Below are positions 1-8,952 of a stretch of DNA of 64,000 nt, one piece after another. Below the pieces are notes generated by a model. It was not told where the DNA came from and made no database searches. It saw only the letters and a list, made by a program, of their open reading frames with translations. Location of the stretch: contig CAZELA010000001.1 of the NCBI GenBank assembly GCA_964512835.1, forward strand, positions 41,372 to 105,371, in the 5' to 3' direction. The number at the start of each line of letters is the position of its first letter. Position 1 is the first letter of the stretch. Both the position numbers and the translations under genes were made by a program. This DNA comes from an uncultured Candidatus Saccharibacteria bacterium. Its GTDB lineage: Bacteria; Patescibacteriota; Minisyncoccia; Phycocordibacterales; UBA2100.

Positions 1-4
1 GCTC

Positions 5-697
5 TTGAACAGGATCCGGGTCATGATCGCGGGCTTCGTGATCAAGCGCGCGAAACGCGTGCGCGTCGTATCGGACGCCGTCGCTGCGTCGATCAAAAAG
101 ACGTACGGCGCAAAGATCGATGTGTCGGTACTGCCGATATTCGTCGATCTCTCACGCTTCGCGACCGCCAAGCCGGATATGACGACGTCGCAGCAGTTCC
201 TCAATTTCCCGTACAAAGCGCTCGTGGTGTCGAGACTGGAACCCGAGAAGAATGTCGCGCTTGCGATCAATGCGTTCAAAGAAAGCGCTCCGGAGGACGC
301 GTGCCTGATCATTCTCGGCGAAGGAAGCGAGTACACTGCGCTCGAGCGACTTGTCACAAAACTGGGACTCGATGCGCGCGTATTCTTCGAGGGGTTCAAG
401 GACCCGGCCCCGTATTATGCGCTCTGCGACATACTGCTCGTACCGTCGGTATACGAAGGCTACGGCCAGGTAATCATCGAAGCGCTCGCCGCGCACAAAC
501 CGGTTCTCTCGACCGACGTAGGTATCGCACGGCAGAGCGGGGCAATCATTGCTGCACCTCAGGAGTTCGCGTCTGCGCTCAAACAGTGGTTCGCGAACGG
601 TCCGAAGAGCGCAGCGCTCACAAATTATCCCTACCCGTCCGTGGATGAGTATGTGCGCCTCTACTGTGACGATATTGCGAGTGTAAAAAGCAAATAG
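5..697 (+). CDS. Glycosyltransferase family 1 (GT4-like), C-terminal part; 5' end lies upstream of window
   Basis: ORF runs in frame from the window edge. Contains the GT1 C-terminal signature EGYGQVIIEALAAHKPVLSTDVG (E-x7-E-type motif of GT-B retaining transferases). Confidence 0.7.
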   Translation: MNRIRVMIAGFVIKRAKRVRVVSDAVAASIKKTYGAKIDVSVLPIFVDLSRFATAKPDMTTSQQFLNFPYKALVVSRLEPEKNVALAINAFKESAPEDACLIILGEGSEYTALERLVTKLGLDARVFFEGFKDPAPYYALCDILLVPSVYEGYGQVIIEALAAHKPVLSTDVGIARQSGAIIAAPQEFASALKQWFANGPKSAALTNYPYPSVDEYVRLYCDDIASVKSK

Positions 698-725
698 ACC
701 GCTCGTTCGAGCGGTCTATGAAAGA

Positions 726-1385
726 TCACCATCCGGTTTTTTTCGACTCGTACCGACCAAGCAGATGGTCGGATATTCCACGGATTTCAGCGATGACACG
801 CGAATCGAGATAGTGGCCGCCGAACGATCGTAAACGATCTTCGGCCTGAGAACGCGCGCCTTCCGTTTCCGCGAGTGCGAGCGTGAACGATTCAGCCGGC
901 AAGATATGCGGTGGCACACCTGCCATGCGCATCGAGATACATGCAGATCGCGTGCAGTGGTACCAGCTCGTTACGAATTCGAACGATCCCTCACACAACG
1001 GAATATCGTTATCCCGCAGGAAATTGCGCGCAGCGATAGCGGCGTCATTTGTAGTCCCTGTGGACTGTAGCCACTTGATATGGCGCGCATCACAGCCGAG
1101 ATCCTTAATGAGCATTTCTCGGATCGCATATCCTTGCCAAATAGGCGAGCGCTTGCCGTCGAGCAGGATATGTTCGTGCTTCAGACGACGCTCGTCTTTG
1201 CCTGGAATAACGAGGCGGTCGGTGAATCCGAGGCGGAGCATCGCTGCAAATCCCTCAAGACGCGCGTGTGCGTACTGTGGTTCAAACGAACCGAGGTGTT
1301 CTTCTGCCGGCGCAAAACCGCTCGATCGGGAACTGTCTCGAATGATGTCGAATGCGAGTCCTACCACGACTGTGGAATGCAGCAT
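726..1385 (-). CDS. DUF218/YdcF(SanA)-like protein
   Basis: 219-aa ORF. 'TGTTNDAAIAARNFL' and 'FVTSWYHCTRS' resemble the T-x-x-N-A and TS-x-x-H-M-x-R motifs of the DUF218 family. Weak match. Confidence 0.35.
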   Translation of the reverse strand: MLHSTVVVGLAFDIIRDSSRSSGFAPAEEHLGSFEPQYAHARLEGFAAMLRLGFTDRLVIPGKDERRLKHEHILLDGKRSPIWQGYAIREMLIKDLGCDARHIKWLQSTGTTNDAAIAARNFLRDNDIPLCEGSFEFVTSWYHCTRSACISMRMAGVPPHILPAESFTLALAETEGARSQAEDRLRSFGGHYLDSRVIAEIRGISDHLLGRYESKKTGW

Positions 1386-1486
1386 GTTCAGTTTCTCCAG
1401 CTTCCTCCAGGGTTATGTCACGCCTGAAAGCGGGTGTCAAAGTGCCTCGCTCATCAAATTGCGGACGTGGCTCAAATACGCCATAA

Positions 1487-2395
1487 TTGCGCCCTATGGC
1501 ACATGCACATTCGAAAAAAGGACCGCTGATCGGATTCGTCGGGCAGGGATACGTAGGAGGAAGCTATGCAAACAATTTCGAGAAGCGCGGCTTCTCTGTG
1601 GTGCGATACTCGCTCGAACCAAAATATATTCAGAATAAAGAGGCGATTGCAGCGTGCGACATCGTATTCGTTGCTGTGCCGACCCCGACTACACCCAAGG
1701 GATTTGATTATTCCATCGTTGAAGCAGGACTGAGACTCGTCGGTCCCGGTAAGACCGCCGTCGTAAAGTCGACTCTTTTGCCCGGTACGACAAAACTGCT
1801 GCAAAAGAAATTCCCGAAGATCGCCGTACTCTGCTCACCTGAATTTTTGAGTGTTGCCTCCGCGCAGCAGGATGCGGACGAACCGTTCTCAAACATCATC
1901 GGTGTGCCGGGCAACGGAAAGAAATTCCGTGATGCTGCGGAAGCCGTGCATCGCGTATTGCCGAATGCGCCGTTCTCCCACATCTGCTCCAGTGAAGAGG
2001 CGGAGATGATTAAGTACGCACACAACATCAGCGGATTCATGCAGGTAGTCACGTTCAATGCGCTCTATGATCTTGCTAAGAGCGTCGGCGCAGACTGGAA
2101 GAACATCTATCCGGCAGTGATAGCAGACCCGATGATATCGAACCGCTATTCGAATCCCGTGCATAAAAGCGGACGTGGGGCAGGAGGGGCGTGCTTCATC
2201 AAGGATTTTGCCGCTTTCGCGAAACTCTACAAACAGACCGTCGGGAAAAAAGAAGGAGTCGCCTTTCTGAAGGCCGCGGAGAAGAAGAACATCATGCTGC
2301 TCGTCGGAACGAACAAAGACATGCCGTTGTTGGAGGGTGTATACGGTAAGGGTATTCACAAACTGAAAAAGTCCGCCCGGGCCCCGAAAAAATAG
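1487..2395 (+). CDS. Short UDP-glucose/GDP-mannose 6-dehydrogenase-family protein (NAD-binding and central catalytic domains only)
   Basis: GFVGQGYVGG Rossmann motif. Also CSPEFL, IKYAHN and the GRGAGGACFIKD catalytic-Cys motif typical of UDPGDH. Ends at 302 aa with no C-terminal UDP-binding domain. Confidence 0.6.
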   Translation: MRPMAHAHSKKGPLIGFVGQGYVGGSYANNFEKRGFSVVRYSLEPKYIQNKEAIAACDIVFVAVPTPTTPKGFDYSIVEAGLRLVGPGKTAVVKSTLLPGTTKLLQKKFPKIAVLCSPEFLSVASAQQDADEPFSNIIGVPGNGKKFRDAAEAVHRVLPNAPFSHICSSEEAEMIKYAHNISGFMQVVTFNALYDLAKSVGADWKNIYPAVIADPMISNRYSNPVHKSGRGAGGACFIKDFAAFAKLYKQTVGKKEGVAFLKAAEKKNIMLLVGTNKDMPLLEGVYGKGIHKLKKSARAPKK

Positions 2396-2396
2396 T

Positions 2397-3425
2397 ATGC
2401 GTCTCCTGATCGTCACACAGGCGGTCGATCAGGATGATCCGGTACTCGGTTTTTTTCACCGCTGGATCGAAACGCTTGCGGCACAGGCAGAGCACGTGCA
2501 CGTGATCTGTCTCAAAGAGGGTAGTCACGCGTTGCCTCAAAACGTTGTCGTACATTCGCTCGGTAAAGAAGGCGGCCGCTCGCGTATGAAATACATGAGC
2601 CGGTTCTACACGTACCTGTGGTCCCTCCGGGGTGAATATGATGCTGTCTTTGTGCACATGAATCAGGAGTACGTATTGCTCGGCGGCTTGATCTGGAAAC
2701 TTCTCGGAAAGAAACTGGTCCTCTGGCGAAACCATAAAATCGGGTCGTGGCGGACACGTATCGCGTGTGCGATCGCGGACCACGTGTGCTACACGTCGCC
2801 GGCTGCGTATGTGGCGAAGGCGAACAACGCGGTCATCATGCCGATAGGTATCGATACCGATGCGTTCGCTCCTCGTGAGTCGCCGGTACCGCGATCGATA
2901 CTCTTCCTCGGACGCCTCGATCCGGTAAAGAATGTACACGTATTCATAGGTGCACTTACGCAGCTCTACGAAGCGGGTGTTACGTTCACGGCGGCGATAT
3001 ACGGTTCACCGACCGATCCGAAGTCGATGTATGCACATGACGTACGAAATCAGGCGGCCGTGCTCGCACTGGAAGGCGTGATAACCGTCCACGAGGCAGT
3101 GAGTAACGATGAGGCGGCAAAACTTTTTACGCGCTACGATTTGTACGTGAACCTCACGCCGTCCGGTAGTTTCGATAAGACTATCGGTGAAGCAATGTCT
3201 GCGGGGGCCGTAGTCGTTGCCATGAATGATGCGGTGCGGCCGGTACTTCCACCGGAGATCTTTGTGACGGACGAAACATCCGAGGCTGCGGCCCGCGCGA
3301 TACGGAATGCCCTTGATCTCCCGGCTGATGTACGCGAACGCGTTACGACCGTCTCGCGTCGATATATTCACGAAGATCATTCGCTTGCAAAACTCGCTCA
3401 ACAGCTCATGCCGATGCTTGGCTAG
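2397..3425 (+). CDS. Glycosyltransferase family 1 (GT4)
   Basis: 342 aa. FLGRLDPVKNVHVFIGAL and GEAMSAGAVVVA C-terminal GT1 motifs. Starts 2 nt after the previous stop. Confidence 0.7.
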   Translation: MRLLIVTQAVDQDDPVLGFFHRWIETLAAQAEHVHVICLKEGSHALPQNVVVHSLGKEGGRSRMKYMSRFYTYLWSLRGEYDAVFVHMNQEYVLLGGLIWKLLGKKLVLWRNHKIGSWRTRIACAIADHVCYTSPAAYVAKANNAVIMPIGIDTDAFAPRESPVPRSILFLGRLDPVKNVHVFIGALTQLYEAGVTFTAAIYGSPTDPKSMYAHDVRNQAAVLALEGVITVHEAVSNDEAAKLFTRYDLYVNLTPSGSFDKTIGEAMSAGAVVVAMNDAVRPVLPPEIFVTDETSEAAARAIRNALDLPADVRERVTTVSRRYIHEDHSLAKLAQQLMPMLG

Positions 3426-4216
3426 GTGCGGTGGGCGTAAATGAATTTATACGGCGCAGGTGCGCGTGATACGCGGTAGCCTTGAGCGACCAGTAGGCGA
3501 TCCAGCTCTTCCGGCTCGTGACCGTCGACGCGATGCCACTGCAGGAGTATTGCATCGATACGCTTGAACTCATCGTTACTGAGACTCCCGAGAATCTCGT
3601 ATTCGGCTCCCTCGCAGTTCATTTTCAGAACATCACATTTTGTGACCGCATATTCATTGAAAAAGTCGGACAATGTGACACAGGGAACAACTGCTCCCAC
3701 GATGAGGCCGCGATTTTCGCGATCGAAGAGCGAGCTCGATACGCCGCCGTGCGTGTCCTCGTATGTCTGTCGTTCGCCCGCGGTACCGGCTACACCTTTT
3801 TCTATACAGGTAATGCGATCTGACAAATCGTTTGCCGCAACGCTTTTTTCCAAATATTGAAAAACTTCGTGGTTGAACTCAAATGCGTAGATGTGCGCTC
3901 CGGGCTTTCGGAGGGCGGCGTAGATCGCGTAGGTGCCGATGTGAGCACCGACATCCAAAATGACGGGGGAATCACCGGAGAGTGCCGCGGGATCGCCGTA
4001 GACTTTGTCGACCCAAACCGCTGTAAGGTCGTCGATGCCCCATCCCTGATTCGAAGCGATATAAACCGGTCCGGAGCGCATGCGCAGATGCGTATCGCCG
4101 CTAAAAATGCGGATACGGAACTTCTGCAGAAAAAGCAGCGGCCAGTTGGATAGCAGCTGGTAGGTGCGAGCGAGCCACTGCACGAGTAGGCGGATACGGT
4201 GTATGAGTGTTCTCAT
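3422..4216 (-). CDS. FkbM-family SAM-dependent methyltransferase
   Basis: LDVGAHIGTYAIYAA...YAFEFNHEVFQYL (Methyltransf_21/FkbM signature). Start chosen at the Met whose ATG overlaps the upstream GT2 stop (ATGA at 4213-4216). The annotated longer ORF extends to 4411. Confidence 0.65.
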   Translation of the reverse strand: MRTLIHRIRLLVQWLARTYQLLSNWPLLFLQKFRIRIFSGDTHLRMRSGPVYIASNQGWGIDDLTAVWVDKVYGDPAALSGDSPVILDVGAHIGTYAIYAALRKPGAHIYAFEFNHEVFQYLEKSVAANDLSDRITCIEKGVAGTAGERQTYEDTHGGVSSSLFDRENRGLIVGAVVPCVTLSDFFNEYAVTKCDVLKMNCEGAEYEILGSLSNDEFKRIDAILLQWHRVDGHEPEELDRLLVAQGYRVSRAPAPYKFIYAHRT

Positions 4217-5058
4217 GCGGTGTGGGGGATGCTGAAGAGTTTTGCGAACATGACACGCGTTGCGAGCCACGTAGTAACGATCAGATATTTGAATCTCCAC
4301 AGCTCGTACGATACGGGTAGTTTGTTTCCCCGCGAGATCAGTCGGACACGAAGGAATCGGAGTGTGAAGAGCGCGAGCTGAGCGCTTGTGTGCAGGACCG
4401 CGTACGCCCATTTTCGTGGCGTTATCGAATTGCGGTAGTGGCGTTCGTCCCAGTCCAGTGCTCGCTTCAGACGCTTGCCGTCAAAATCCTCGTATGTGTC
4501 GAACATGGGTACGTACATGACGTTTTTCATAATGCCGACCGGCTCACCCTCGTTGACGACAACGCGCTCGTGCGTCATTTTGGTGTAACCGCCGATCGCA
4601 TCGCGTCGGAAAAATCGGATCTGACGATTGGGATACGTGATCGTGTCGTCGATAATCTCGCCTCGCCAGATATATTTGCGGGGAATCTTGTAAATCCGGT
4701 ATTTCGGGTCGGGATCGGCGACGATCGCGCGTATCTCTTCGATCGCCTCCGGCGAGAGGAATTCATCGGAGTCCAGTCGGAAGTGCCACTGTTCAAGCGA
4801 ATGGTTTACGCACGTGGTACGCGCCACGCCGAAGTCCGTAATTCGTTGCATCGGCTCGTCGGTCTCGATCTGTTTCGTGACACGTGCACCGAGTGATCGG
4901 GCGACTTCCTGCGTTCCGTCGGTCGAATTACCGTCGCATATGAATTTGTCGGAAAAATCAGCGACACTTTTCAATGCACGAGGAAGGTCGGCGGCGCTGT
5001 TGAGCGTCAAAATGCCTACCGATGCGCGTATGGTCTCGCGAGACATGGTACAAACCAT
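4213..5058 (-). CDS. Glycosyltransferase family 2
   Basis: N-terminal GILTLNSAADLPRALKSV...DGNSTDGT (GT2 DxD-type fold), 281 aa. Confidence 0.7.
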   Translation of the reverse strand: MVCTMSRETIRASVGILTLNSAADLPRALKSVADFSDKFICDGNSTDGTQEVARSLGARVTKQIETDEPMQRITDFGVARTTCVNHSLEQWHFRLDSDEFLSPEAIEEIRAIVADPDPKYRIYKIPRKYIWRGEIIDDTITYPNRQIRFFRRDAIGGYTKMTHERVVVNEGEPVGIMKNVMYVPMFDTYEDFDGKRLKRALDWDERHYRNSITPRKWAYAVLHTSAQLALFTLRFLRVRLISRGNKLPVSYELWRFKYLIVTTWLATRVMFAKLFSIPHTA

Positions 5059-5101
5059 ACCGTATTATTGCCGTTCAAACGAGTCGGGGTATCATGTGCG
5101 G

Positions 5102-5824
5102 ATGTCTCAGTCGTCTGTGCGCTCTTCGATCGTTATTCCCGCGCACAACGAGGCGGAAAATCTCGTAATACTCATTCCGAATCTTGCGCGGGCGCTCGCA
5201 TCGCGTAGCGAAGAAAGCGAGATCATTATTGTCGACAATGCATCGAACGACCGTACCCGTGACGTCATTGCGGACTTCCAGAAGACCATGCCGCGGCTCC
5301 GGGTTGTGCCTGAACCGATCATGGGATACGGGAGAGCGGTGCTTACAGGGTTGCGTGCGGCGAGCGGCGACGTGATCGGTATCATACGGGCTGATAATCA
5401 GGAAAAGCCGGAAGATCTCGTCCGTATGCTGGAGTCGCGCGATAGCAGCGGTGTCGACTTTTACAAAGCGATCCGAATGCACCGTTTGAATGACGGCTTG
5501 AAGCGCGTGATTATCAGTAGGGTATACAACGCCCTGTTCAAGATGCTGTTCGGTCTCCGCTCGACCGACCTGAACGCGACACCGAAAGTATTCATCCGCA
5601 AATATCTTGAGGCGGCACAGCTCGAATCGCTGGACTGGTTCATCGATGCGGAAATGGTCATAAAGGCCGAACGGCTCGGATTTACCGTCGCGGAAATGGG
5701 AATCGAGTATCAGCCCCGGCTCAAAGGGTCCTCGAACGTGCGTCTGAAACATGTGTTTGAATTTCTGGGCAACATGCTATCTTGGTACCGACGCGAACGT
5801 CATGGCAAACTTTTGGCGCAATAA
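5102..5824 (+). CDS. Glycosyltransferase family 2 (dolichyl/polyprenyl-phosphate sugar synthase-like)
   Basis: SIVIPAHNEAENL...IIVDNASNDRT...GYGRAV motifs. Start set at internal Met 5102 (MSQSS) downstream of the divergent GT2. The long upstream extension has no homology signal. Confidence 0.65.
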   Translation: MSQSSVRSSIVIPAHNEAENLVILIPNLARALASRSEESEIIIVDNASNDRTRDVIADFQKTMPRLRVVPEPIMGYGRAVLTGLRAASGDVIGIIRADNQEKPEDLVRMLESRDSSGVDFYKAIRMHRLNDGLKRVIISRVYNALFKMLFGLRSTDLNATPKVFIRKYLEAAQLESLDWFIDAEMVIKAERLGFTVAEMGIEYQPRLKGSSNVRLKHVFEFLGNMLSWYRRERHGKLLAQ

Positions 5825-6827
5825 GAACGTTTTCATAACCGGTGGCAACGGATTTTTGGGAGGTCACCTCACAAAGACACTCATCGAGCATGGTGCGAAA
5901 CCTGTGGTTCTCGTCTACGAGGAAAATCCGGGCGGTATTTTTGACGCGGAGCTCGCAAAAAAGGCGACCGTCGTCCGGGGAGACATCCGAAATCTCGCAT
6001 TAATGGACGAGATGCTGCGGTGGCACAATATTGATGTCGTCTACCATCTTGCGGCACAGGCGATCGTGGACCAGGCCATCGATGATCCTCTGGAGACGTT
6101 CGAGATCAATATGCAAGGCACGTGGAATATTCTTGAGGCCTGCAAACGAAATCCTCGCGTCGAACGAATCATCGTCGCCTCGTCAGATAAAGCCTACGGT
6201 CATCATGATCAGCTGCCGTATGCTGAACATTCTCACAGTCTGAAAGCGGCGTACCCGTATGAAGTCTCGAAAGCTGCTGCTGATATGATCACGCAGACAT
6301 TTCATAAGACCTTCGGCACGCCGGTATGCATTACGCGGTGCGCCAACCTCTACGGGCCGGGCGACATGAAAATGAACCGCTTGATCCCGCGCACCATATA
6401 CCAGCTCCACACAAACAAACCGCCCGTAATCCGCGACACGGGAAGCTCGCTGCGCGATTACCTGTTCGTCGAAGATGCTGCCGAGGCATACCGAATGCTC
6501 GCAGAGCAGATGGACGAATCCATGTACGGAGAGGCATTCAATTTTTCAACGAATCAGCCGCTGTCCGTCGCTGAGGCGATCAAGATCATGTCGCGCGAGA
6601 TGAAAAAGAGCATCAAGCCGAAAGTTGTTCAGACGCACGGCATGGAGATCCGTCACCAGTACGCGGCATATGATAAGGCCGAGCGCCTACTCGGGTGGAG
6701 GCCGACACATGACTTTGTCGCAGGCATCCGAAAAACCATTCCGTGGTATCGGAAATACATAGAATCGACGCTCAAGTCGAAGATCCGTGATGTCAAAAAG
6801 CAATCGCGAAAAGCGGTACGAAAATAA
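5802..6827 (+). CDS. CDP-glucose 4,6-dehydratase-like NAD-dependent dehydratase (RfbG/DdhB-like)
   Basis: N-terminus FWRNKNVFITGGNGFLGGHL resembles the RfbG FW-x-GK-x-VF-VTG-x-TGFKG motif. YEVSKAAAD is the Y-x-x-x-K catalytic dyad. ~340 aa. Confidence 0.6.
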   Translation: MANFWRNKNVFITGGNGFLGGHLTKTLIEHGAKPVVLVYEENPGGIFDAELAKKATVVRGDIRNLALMDEMLRWHNIDVVYHLAAQAIVDQAIDDPLETFEINMQGTWNILEACKRNPRVERIIVASSDKAYGHHDQLPYAEHSHSLKAAYPYEVSKAAADMITQTFHKTFGTPVCITRCANLYGPGDMKMNRLIPRTIYQLHTNKPPVIRDTGSSLRDYLFVEDAAEAYRMLAEQMDESMYGEAFNFSTNQPLSVAEAIKIMSREMKKSIKPKVVQTHGMEIRHQYAAYDKAERLLGWRPTHDFVAGIRKTIPWYRKYIESTLKSKIRDVKKQSRKAVRK

Positions 6828-7716
6828 GAAAGTCCTTGTTACGGGGGCCGACGGTCTGATCGGTCGGGCGCTCGTCGCACGTCTCTCCGGAGATGGTGCT
6901 GTGGTTCATGCGGCCCGCCGTACTGACGCGGATCTCACGGATGTCGCGCAGACAGAGGCGATGCTGCGGGCCTTTTCGCCGGACATTGTGTTCAATACTG
7001 CTGCCCGTATCGATATGAGTCGCGACCGTGCGCATATCGACGATATTATTGAGGGTACCTACGGTATTGCACGCAATGTTTTGCGGGCAGCAGAGATCTC
7101 CGGCGTAAAAAAATTCGTCCAATTCGGGACGATCGAAGAGTACGGATCAAACGAAGCGCCGTTCGTCGAGACGATGCGTGAGTCACCGATTTCCGCGTAT
7201 TCGTTGGGGAAAACAATGGCCACACACGAAGCACTGCTGCTTTCAAAGATCTCAGATATGAAGGTGTGCGTCGTGCGTCCGGCAGCGACGTTCGGACCGG
7301 GCAAGCGTGTCGGAATGCTCGTGCCGAACTTCATACGTGCGGCGCTCAGCGGCACAGATTTTAATATGAATGCAGGGGAGCAGGAGCGGGACTTCATATT
7401 TGTGGATGATGTCGCGGAGGCGTCGCTGCGCGCTGCACTCAGCGACCGGACCGACGGCGAGATCATCAATGTCGGATCAGGTATCGGTATGACAGTGCGC
7501 GGGTTCGTCGAGTCTTTGAACGAGGCGATGGGAAACCCGATCGCCGTCCATTTCGGCGCAGAGCCGTATCGGATCAACGACACCATGCGTTTTTTCATGA
7601 ATATAGACAAAGCGAAGAGACTGCTTTCATGGGAGCCCGAAGTGGCGCTGTCGGAAGCGCTGAGAATCACGGTCGAATGGTACCGGGCGAACGCGGATAT
7701 TTTCGGGGCGTCCTGA
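6787..7716 (+). CDS. NAD(P)-dependent epimerase/reductase (SDR, CDP-/GDP-sugar 4-reductase-like)
   Basis: VLVTGADGLIGRALVARL Rossmann motif, YSLGKTMAT (Y-x-x-x-K), 309 aa. Sits between the 4,6-dehydratase and the E1-like gene. Confidence 0.6.
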   Translation: MMSKSNREKRYENKKVLVTGADGLIGRALVARLSGDGAVVHAARRTDADLTDVAQTEAMLRAFSPDIVFNTAARIDMSRDRAHIDDIIEGTYGIARNVLRAAEISGVKKFVQFGTIEEYGSNEAPFVETMRESPISAYSLGKTMATHEALLLSKISDMKVCVVRPAATFGPGKRVGMLVPNFIRAALSGTDFNMNAGEQERDFIFVDDVAEASLRAALSDRTDGEIINVGSGIGMTVRGFVESLNEAMGNPIAVHFGAEPYRINDTMRFFMNIDKAKRLLSWEPEVALSEALRITVEWYRANADIFGAS

Positions 7717-7737
7717 CCGTGGTATTGTTTCCCGACT

Positions 7738-8952
7738 ATGGCAAAAAAGAATCCGTATCCGCGTGTCCCGTACGCGCATGCAGTTTTCGGGAATGAGGAG
7801 CGAAAGGCGGTGAATAGCGTTCTGAAGACACCCCAGATCGTGGCGGGTGCATATGCGGCGAAGTTCGAATCCAAAGTCGCGAAACTATTCGGCAAGAATC
7901 ACGGGCTCCTGGTGAATTCCGGGTCGTCCGCGAACTTGCTCGCGTTTGCGATCGCTCATCTTCCGGAAGGTTCCGAGGTGATTACTCCGGCGCTTACCTT
8001 CTCAACGACCGTTGCGCCGATAGTCCAGAACCGTCTGATACCGGTATTCGTTGACGTTGAGCCGGGGATGTACACGGTGAATGTTGATCAGGTTGAGCGC
8101 ATGATCACATCTAAGACTCGTGCGCTGATGATTCCGTCGCTCCTGGGAAATATTCCGGACTATGTCCGTTTACAGAAGATTGCAAAGAAGCACAAGCTGC
8201 TGTTGATCGAAGATTCATGCGATACGCTCGGTCCCACGATCGACGGGAAACCGACGGGTCTCTACACTGACATCTCGACCACCAGTTTCTATGCGTCGCA
8301 TATCATTACGGCCGCAGGGCAGGGCGGTATGATCTGCGTGAATACCGACGAGGATTACAAAGAGGCTCGCGTGCTTTCCGGCTGGGGTCGCCAGTCCGCC
8401 CTGAACGAGTCCGAAGATATTCATATTCGGTACGAATCCCGCGTTGAGGGCAAGCCGTATGATTCCAAATTCATCTTTTCCCAGATCGGATACAACCTGA
8501 GAACAACGGACATTGTCGCCGCATTCGGTCTCGAGCAGATCAAGAAACTGAAGACCTTTGAGAAAGCCCGGCGGTCAAACTTTGCAGCCCTTCTCAAATT
8601 TTTCTCGAAATACGAAGACTACTTCGTGTTGCCGAAGCAGGCGAAAAATGTGAAGACCAGTTGGCTCGCATTTCCGCTCACTATTATGAAGGATGCGCCG
8701 TTCACCCGACTTGAACTGGTGACCTGGCTCGAGGAGCACAATATCCAGACCCGGCCGATTTTCACCGGCAACATCCTTCGCCAGCCTGCGTTCAAGGGGA
8801 TCGAGCATATCGAAATGCCCGAGGGATACCCGGAGTCGGATCACATTATGGATAACGGTGTATTGATCGGCTGCCACCACGGACTCACCGCAAAACAACT
8901 CGATCACATCAGGAGTACGATGGTGGAGTTTATGGATCGCATCACGGGATAA
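7738..8952 (+). CDS. DegT/DnrJ/EryC1-family PMP-dependent sugar 3-dehydrase (E1/RfbH/ColD-like)
   Basis: 404-aa DegT-fold protein. In the SF-x-x-[K]-x-x-x-G-[EQ]-GG active-site motif the sequence is SFYASHIITAAGQGG, i.e. His replaces the Schiff-base Lys. This is the hallmark of the 3-deoxygenation enzymes E1 (DdhC/RfbH) and ColD. Confidence 0.6.
   Translation: MAKKNPYPRVPYAHAVFGNEERKAVNSVLKTPQIVAGAYAAKFESKVAKLFGKNHGLLVNSGSSANLLAFAIAHLPEGSEVITPALTFSTTVAPIVQNRLIPVFVDVEPGMYTVNVDQVERMITSKTRALMIPSLLGNIPDYVRLQKIAKKHKLLLIEDSCDTLGPTIDGKPTGLYTDISTTSFYASHIITAAGQGGMICVNTDEDYKEARVLSGWGRQSALNESEDIHIRYESRVEGKPYDSKFIFSQIGYNLRTTDIVAAFGLEQIKKLKTFEKARRSNFAALLKFFSKYEDYFVLPKQAKNVKTSWLAFPLTIMKDAPFTRLELVTWLEEHNIQTRPIFTGNILRQPAFKGIEHIEMPEGYPESDHIMDNGVLIGCHHGLTAKQLDHIRSTMVEFMDRITG

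Noticed and set aside
152-1638. Overlapping ORFs 152-496 (-), 301-648 (+), 883-1638 (+), 1080-1427 (+)
   Set aside because: Embedded in or antisense to the GT1 and DUF218-like genes. Arg-rich low-complexity translations typical of high-GC off-frame ORFs.
3422-4411. Full 329-aa extent of the FkbM methyltransferase ORF back to Met at 4411
   Set aside because: The N-terminal 65 aa would overlap the GT2 gene by ~200 nt and lack homology. The internal Met at 4216 gives an ATGA coupling overlap instead.
4814-5101. Upstream 96-codon extension of the GT2 ORF annotated from 4814
   Set aside because: Would overlap the divergent GT2 gene (4213-5058) on the opposite strand. The GT2 homology begins only at MSQSS (5102).
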